DNA from: an uncultured virus (IMG/VR IMGVR_UViG_3300027732_002873)
Taxonomy: Duplodnaviria; Heunggongvirae; Uroviricota; Caudoviricetes
Length of the DNA: 20,000 nucleotides
Direction: 5' to 3' (one strand)
IMG/VR virus record: IMGVR_UViG_3300027732_002873
Span: 57,436 to 77,435 of that record
Within the stretch, counting starts at the first letter, position 1; every line of letters starts with the position of its first letter. Below are positions 16,497 through 20,000 of the stretch, piece after piece. The translations under genes were made by a program, and so were the position numbers. Under the pieces are notes generated by a model. It did not search any database. It was not told where the DNA came from and saw only the letters and a program-made list of their open reading frames with translations.

Positions 16497-16537
16497 AGTG
16501 TCAGCCATTTATCACATTATACGCCGCTGACCAGCGA
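16473..16537 (-). ncRNA. Candidate ~65-nt small RNA or attenuated leader
   Basis: GC-richer non-coding island between TTAAATA (16549-16543) and the terminator; competing pairings CGCTG/CAGCG and GTCAGC/GCTGAC. Confidence 0.4.
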
Positions 16538-16559
16538 TGTTATATTTAATAGAAATGCT

Positions 16560-16577
16560 ATTACAATAAGATTACAG
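16560..16577 (-). promoter_or_regulatory. Putative Pho box (PhoB binding site)
   Basis: CTGTAAT-CTTA-TTGTAAT: two 7-mers with 11-bp period, close to CTGTCAT-N4-CTGTCAT; 10 nt upstream of TTAAATA and facing plcP. Confidence 0.6.
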
Positions 16578-16595
16578 GCTAAAAGAATTTGTGCT

Positions 16596-16603
16596 AATAA
16601 ATA
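16596..16603 (+). promoter_or_regulatory. Late-type promoter motif AATAAATA
   Basis: 5 nt upstream of the SD-less ATG at 16609. Confidence 0.5.
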
Positions 16604-16608
16604 TTGGT

Positions 16609-17262
16609 ATGAAGCAGAATATAGTATTGTTCAGGCATCATCCAGAATGTTCGCAAGACTGCTGTGATGGAATCATACAATCGCTGGGTAATAATTATAA
16701 TGTCACTTTATTCTCTGAAAACGAACTTAATCAAGACTTGCTCGATAACGCCGACGTCATAGCCTTTCCCGGAGGCATTGGGGACAGTGAAAGTTATAAC
16801 AACTTTTTTAAACGAAAAAAGGAAAATCTAGTAGCAGACTTTGTTGCCGCTGGTGGATACTATCTTGGAATTTGCATGGGTGCTTATTGGGCAGGTAGCA
16901 ATTACTTTGATATTTTAGACGGCGTCGAACCTAAACAATATATCACTAGACCCAATGCAGATGTTCGTAGAAGTTATTCAACTGTGGCCACAGTGAATTG
17001 GAAAGGCCAACAAGAAAAAATGTTCTTTTATGATGGATGTGCCTTAGTCGGTGATACTAGTAAATTCAAAACTGTTGCCACTTATGCCAACGGAGATGCC
17101 ATGGCTATCATACAAAACAGAATTGGTGTAATTGGATGCCATCCAGAGAGTCAACAGTACTGGTATGAAGAGCCTAGACAATATATTAAAGAATATTGGC
17201 ATCAAGGACATCATCACAATCTCTTGTTAGAGTTTGTCAATGAATTAACCGCCCAGCATTAA
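16609..17262 (+). CDS. Class I glutamine amidotransferase-like protein (BPL_N-like)
   Basis: FPGG oxyanion motif, YLGICMGAY nucleophile elbow, CHPE His-Glu. Confidence 0.8.
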   Translation: MKQNIVLFRHHPECSQDCCDGIIQSLGNNYNVTLFSENELNQDLLDNADVIAFPGGIGDSESYNNFFKRKKENLVADFVAAGGYYLGICMGAYWAGSNYFDILDGVEPKQYITRPNADVRRSYSTVATVNWKGQQEKMFFYDGCALVGDTSKFKTVATYANGDAMAIIQNRIGVIGCHPESQQYWYEEPRQYIKEYWHQGHHHNLLLEFVNELTAQH

Positions 17263-17436
17263 CTTTGCTACTAGTGCATCTTCAGGATCGATGAAATGAA
17301 AAATCATATAATCTTCAGTAAGTTGAGTTTCGTATTTGTTGCCAGGCAATCCAAAACGTTCTAACACACTGATACATTTTTTATCCCAAAGGGGAACATC
17401 GTCTCCGGCTTGCCAATCCACTCGTACTTCAGTCAT
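17245..17436 (-). CDS. Small paralogue-family protein, 63 aa
   Basis: C-terminus FHFIDPEDALVAKLMLGG; ATG at 17436 overlaps the peptidase stop. Confidence 0.7.
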   Translation of the reverse strand: MTEVRVDWQAGDDVPLWDKKCISVLERFGLPGNKYETQLTEDYMIFHFIDPEDALVAKLMLGG

Positions 17437-18196
17437 GTACATGTACGTTGAACATTTCGTTGATGACACCGGTGCGCTGTCTGACATCTTTGTTACCCAA
17501 TGTGATCATGGCATACAGCACACCATTCTTTTCTACTAGCATGGCCAAACAGCGGCCAGCGGCGTTGGTAAATCCTGTTTTAGTCAGTACAATACTGTCA
17601 TAGGTAAAAATCTGTGGATTAGTATTCCTTAATTGAATAGTTATTGTACGTTTACTCTTTGGTGGTTGATATTTAACCGAATATATTTTGTCACTGCTAT
17701 AATATCTAATGATATCTATCCTGCGTAATATAAACAAAAACTCTTTTAGTTCATCCACTGTGCTGACATTGCCTGCCAGTAAGCCTGTGGGATCTACAAT
17801 TTTAGTTTCTTTAAACCCGTTGAGTCCGAGATGCCAATTGATGTCTGCAATAAACTTGTCATAACCTCCGGGGTGGGCGTGAGCCAATGTTTCTGCGGCT
17901 AAATTATCACTGCTCATTAACATGGCCCGCATCAATTCACTGCGTTGTAGATAAGAGCCACGAGCAAATCTGCCAGAAGATTTCCCCTGTACTTTGACTT
18001 TTTCATCTAAATCTACTAAACTCATTACAACTGCGTAAGCTGTGAATAGTTTTGTTATGCTGGCAATACTGCGGACGTCTGTGGTATTTCTGCTGTGCTC
18101 ATATCGAACGTTGTCAAAGTCGTAGAGCCCGTAGCTGTTGGCATATACGCTGTTTGCAAATAGCAAACAAAATGTTAATATAATTCGTTTAAACAA
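17429..18196 (-). CDS. D-alanyl-D-alanine carboxy/endopeptidase (peptidase S11, PBP5/PBP7-like)
   Basis: SxxK (ASITK), SxN (SDN), KTG motifs; signal peptide; TTG start at 18196 with GGAG (track start 18208). Confidence 0.9.
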   Translation of the reverse strand: MFKRIILTFCLLFANSVYANSYGLYDFDNVRYEHSRNTTDVRSIASITKLFTAYAVVMSLVDLDEKVKVQGKSSGRFARGSYLQRSELMRAMLMSSDNLAAETLAHAHPGGYDKFIADINWHLGLNGFKETKIVDPTGLLAGNVSTVDELKEFLFILRRIDIIRYYSSDKIYSVKYQPPKSKRTITIQLRNTNPQIFTYDSIVLTKTGFTNAAGRCLAMLVEKNGVLYAMITLGNKDVRQRTGVINEMFNVHVHD

Positions 18197-18377
18197 TTTC
18201 GGCTCCAAAGGTTAATTTAAATATCATCGCTTGTTCTCTGTTTGATATACTTATGTCGTAGATTGCACTGAATGGACGATTATTAGATAACTTCATTGTG
18301 TAGTGCCATCCTTTGTTTTTTAGCCAAGTGGCGGCGGCAACTGCTGGGCCATGCCCTTTAATTTTCATTGCAGTCAT
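18189..18377 (-). CDS. Small paralogue-family protein, 62 aa
   Basis: C-terminus ISNREQAMIFKLTFG; ATGA overlap. Confidence 0.7.
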   Translation of the reverse strand: MTAMKIKGHGPAVAAATWLKNKGWHYTMKLSNNRPFSAIYDISISNREQAMIFKLTFGAEIV

Positions 18378-18823
18378 CCTCCGCCCCACTTTAATGTAAA
18401 CATAAAACAATCTTCTTGGCTCTTAAACACGAAAAACAATGCATCACCACCGCCAATGTCATTCAACTCCCATTCGTTGCCAGTACTTGGTGCTCGAATA
18501 ACTCTATGAATATCACTGCGGAATTTATCTTTACAGTTTTTTTGACACCACCTTGATAAAGCCTGGTAGCCTTCTACCCAACTGGGATATCTTGTCCATG
18601 GATCGCCACGGGAACTTTCGAATACCACAATATGTGGATATCCGTGATAGTAATCTTTAATACGGGAGGCACGTAGATTTCTATCAGGATCTTTATAGTC
18701 TTGATATTGCTCTTCAGTCCAGTTCTTTTCTTTTAAGTAAGCGGCATGACGATAGAAGTCCCACCGACTTTTTAAATTTTCGGTTACATTGTCTATGAGA
18801 TTTTTTATGTCTGTGGTTTTCAT
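18374..18823 (-). CDS. Paralogue-family protein, 149 aa
   Basis: WC motif; C-terminus FVFKSQEDCFMFTLKWG; ATG at 18823 by ATGA overlap. Confidence 0.75.
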   Translation of the reverse strand: MKTTDIKNLIDNVTENLKSRWDFYRHAAYLKEKNWTEEQYQDYKDPDRNLRASRIKDYYHGYPHIVVFESSRGDPWTRYPSWVEGYQALSRWCQKNCKDKFRSDIHRVIRAPSTGNEWELNDIGGGDALFFVFKSQEDCFMFTLKWGGG

Positions 18824-19185
18824 TTTCCAAACTTTAGCACTAACAACATATAAAGTTCTTCGGTAATATCGAATGCATACACATACATATCCCACCTAGC
18901 ATCGATGTGCTGATGCCATTCTTTGTCTTCGCATGGTTGTTGCCTGATCCAAGCGGACACATCTTTGCCACAGTGAACCGTATACCAAGGTTTATTATCT
19001 ACCAAGGCTTGTCTGTGGACTCGATAGTTCGTAGCATCATCCGGAAGCCATTGTATCCACTGATTTACACGGCTTTTTCCTAGTTGTCTGCCTGAAGAAA
19101 TAATAGTCATCTCACCTGGTTTGATACCGCCTGATGTAATATCTTTTAAGATTTGCTGTTGGTAAGGGTATAATTTATGATCCAT
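18820..19185 (-). CDS. Paralogue-family protein with an N-terminal P-loop-like remnant, 121 aa
   Basis: LYPYQ...SGRQLGKS N-terminus; C-terminus DITEELYMLLVLKFG. Confidence 0.7.
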   Translation of the reverse strand: MDHKLYPYQQQILKDITSGGIKPGEMTIISSGRQLGKSRVNQWIQWLPDDATNYRVHRQALVDNKPWYTVHCGKDVSAWIRQQPCEDKEWHQHIDARWDMYVYAFDITEELYMLLVLKFGK

Positions 19186-19393
19186 ATTTCAGCGCAAACA
19201 TCATTGCTTGTTCGTCATTGTAAAAAGTAAAGACGACATGTTTCTTATATTGTTCTTCGTGATAAAATCCGTGGTTGTTTTCTGGAATCCACGTGAAATC
19301 GAAGTCCTTGCCCTGCTGTATTCCTTGACTACGTAAGGTATAAACTATATCCAATACTTTGTCAAGACTACGGTATATTTTAAATTCAGTCAT
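19175..19393 (-). CDS. Small paralogue-family protein, 72 aa
   Basis: C-terminus FTFYNDEQAMMFALKYG. Confidence 0.75.
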   Translation of the reverse strand: MTEFKIYRSLDKVLDIVYTLRSQGIQQGKDFDFTWIPENNHGFYHEEQYKKHVVFTFYNDEQAMMFALKYGS

Positions 19394-19692
19394 GACCATT
19401 TTAATGTAAAAAAGGCAGCATCTTCTGGTTCAGCTAAGTACAGTCTTGCTCGATATTGGTCATTGATCCAAGACCAATGGTTATTTTTGTCAGGTGTATC
19501 TTTATAATCTAAACTATATTGATCAACTTCTCGACTGGGTCCCCAAGTTTCCCAGCACCATAGTCTCAATTCAAAAAACTTTTCGTGTACATCAATTCTT
19601 TGCGGCCGGCCATCATACTTGACTTCAACGTAGTATTTAAATCTGTTGTGAGCAGTGTGCCGCTTGTCCGTGCGCTTAATTTTTATTTTCAT
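19390..19692 (-). CDS. Paralogue-family protein, 100 aa
   Basis: WCWETWGP motif; C-terminus LYLAEPEDAAFFTLKWS. Confidence 0.75.
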   Translation of the reverse strand: MKIKIKRTDKRHTAHNRFKYYVEVKYDGRPQRIDVHEKFFELRLWCWETWGPSREVDQYSLDYKDTPDKNNHWSWINDQYRARLYLAEPEDAAFFTLKWS

Positions 19693-19888
19693 GTGTCAGT
19701 CTATATAAAAATATAAATTCTTCTGCTGTTTTTTGATCTTTGAATTCCCACATGTTGTATGCAGTGCGTCTTGATTGATGTTCTTTGGCCAAGGCAACGA
19801 CAGCATCCACTGTTTCAGTTAAGTGGATGCTGTAGAATTCTTCAAACTCTAAAATACATTTACCGTTGGGCTTTGTTTTGATTTTCAT
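19676..19888 (-). CDS. Small paralogue-family protein, 70 aa
   Basis: C-terminus WEFKDQKTAEEFIFLY. Confidence 0.7.
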   Translation of the reverse strand: MKIKTKPNGKCILEFEEFYSIHLTETVDAVVALAKEHQSRRTAYNMWEFKDQKTAEEFIFLYRLTHENKN

Positions 19889-20000
19889 CGTAGGTCAACT
19901 TGGCCAAGAACATAAAATGATCATAGGCTTCTTTTACTGCGGAATTTTGCATGAGTTTATCTGCTTCTACCTGCATGGCATTGACTCCAGCTTCTGCTAA
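19860..20000 (-). CDS. 3' end of a hypothetical protein (starts outside the window)
   Basis: Open frame ...LAEAGVNAMQVEADKLMQNSAVKEAYDHFMFLAKLTYDENQNKAQR*. Confidence 0.65.
   Translation of the reverse strand, partial: LAEAGVNAMQVEADKLMQNSAVKEAYDHFMFLAKLTYDENQNKAQR

Noticed and set aside
16431..16508. N-terminal extension MADTKSPMGSFF... of the track ORF
   Set aside because: Runs through a terminator hairpin; family similarity begins after ATG 16430
1..20000. Alternative genetic code, tRNA genes, integrase or IS elements
   Set aside because: ORFs tile the window densely under code 11; no cloverleaf, recombinase or transposase motifs were recognised

Overview
A 20 kb segment of a large lytic dsDNA tailed phage genome with T4-like regulatory signals; the host is probably a Gram-negative proteobacterium (inferred). 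About 50 mostly short, tightly packed ORFs lie mainly on the minus strand. Two regulatory layers are visible. (i) Thirteen intact copies plus one truncated copy of a near-consensus sigma70 promoter (TTGACA-N17-TATAAT), most with a shared spacer and some with a shared leader/RBS, cut the region into promoter-gene cassettes, with recombination scars. (ii) T4-late-like (A/T/G)ATAAATA or TAAATA motifs precede the AT-richer enzyme genes, often only 5-7 nt before an SD-less ATG. Recognisable products are ClpP, a calcineurin-like metallophosphoesterase, a GNAT acetyltransferase, a SWIM-finger protein, a glycine-zipper lipoprotein, an AsnB-like PP-loop ligase next to a cupin, a class I GATase-like protein, a peptidase S11 (D-Ala-D-Ala peptidase/PBP) and a tandem family of small paralogues. 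The best candidate for an undescribed system is at 14799-16577: a Pho box, a short structured terminated RNA, a PlcP-type phospholipase C, a small ORF and a GT2 glycosyltransferase. This is a putative phage-encoded, phosphate-responsive membrane lipid remodelling module. No tRNA, rRNA, CRISPR array or integrase was seen. All family calls come from motif recognition by eye, not from database searches.
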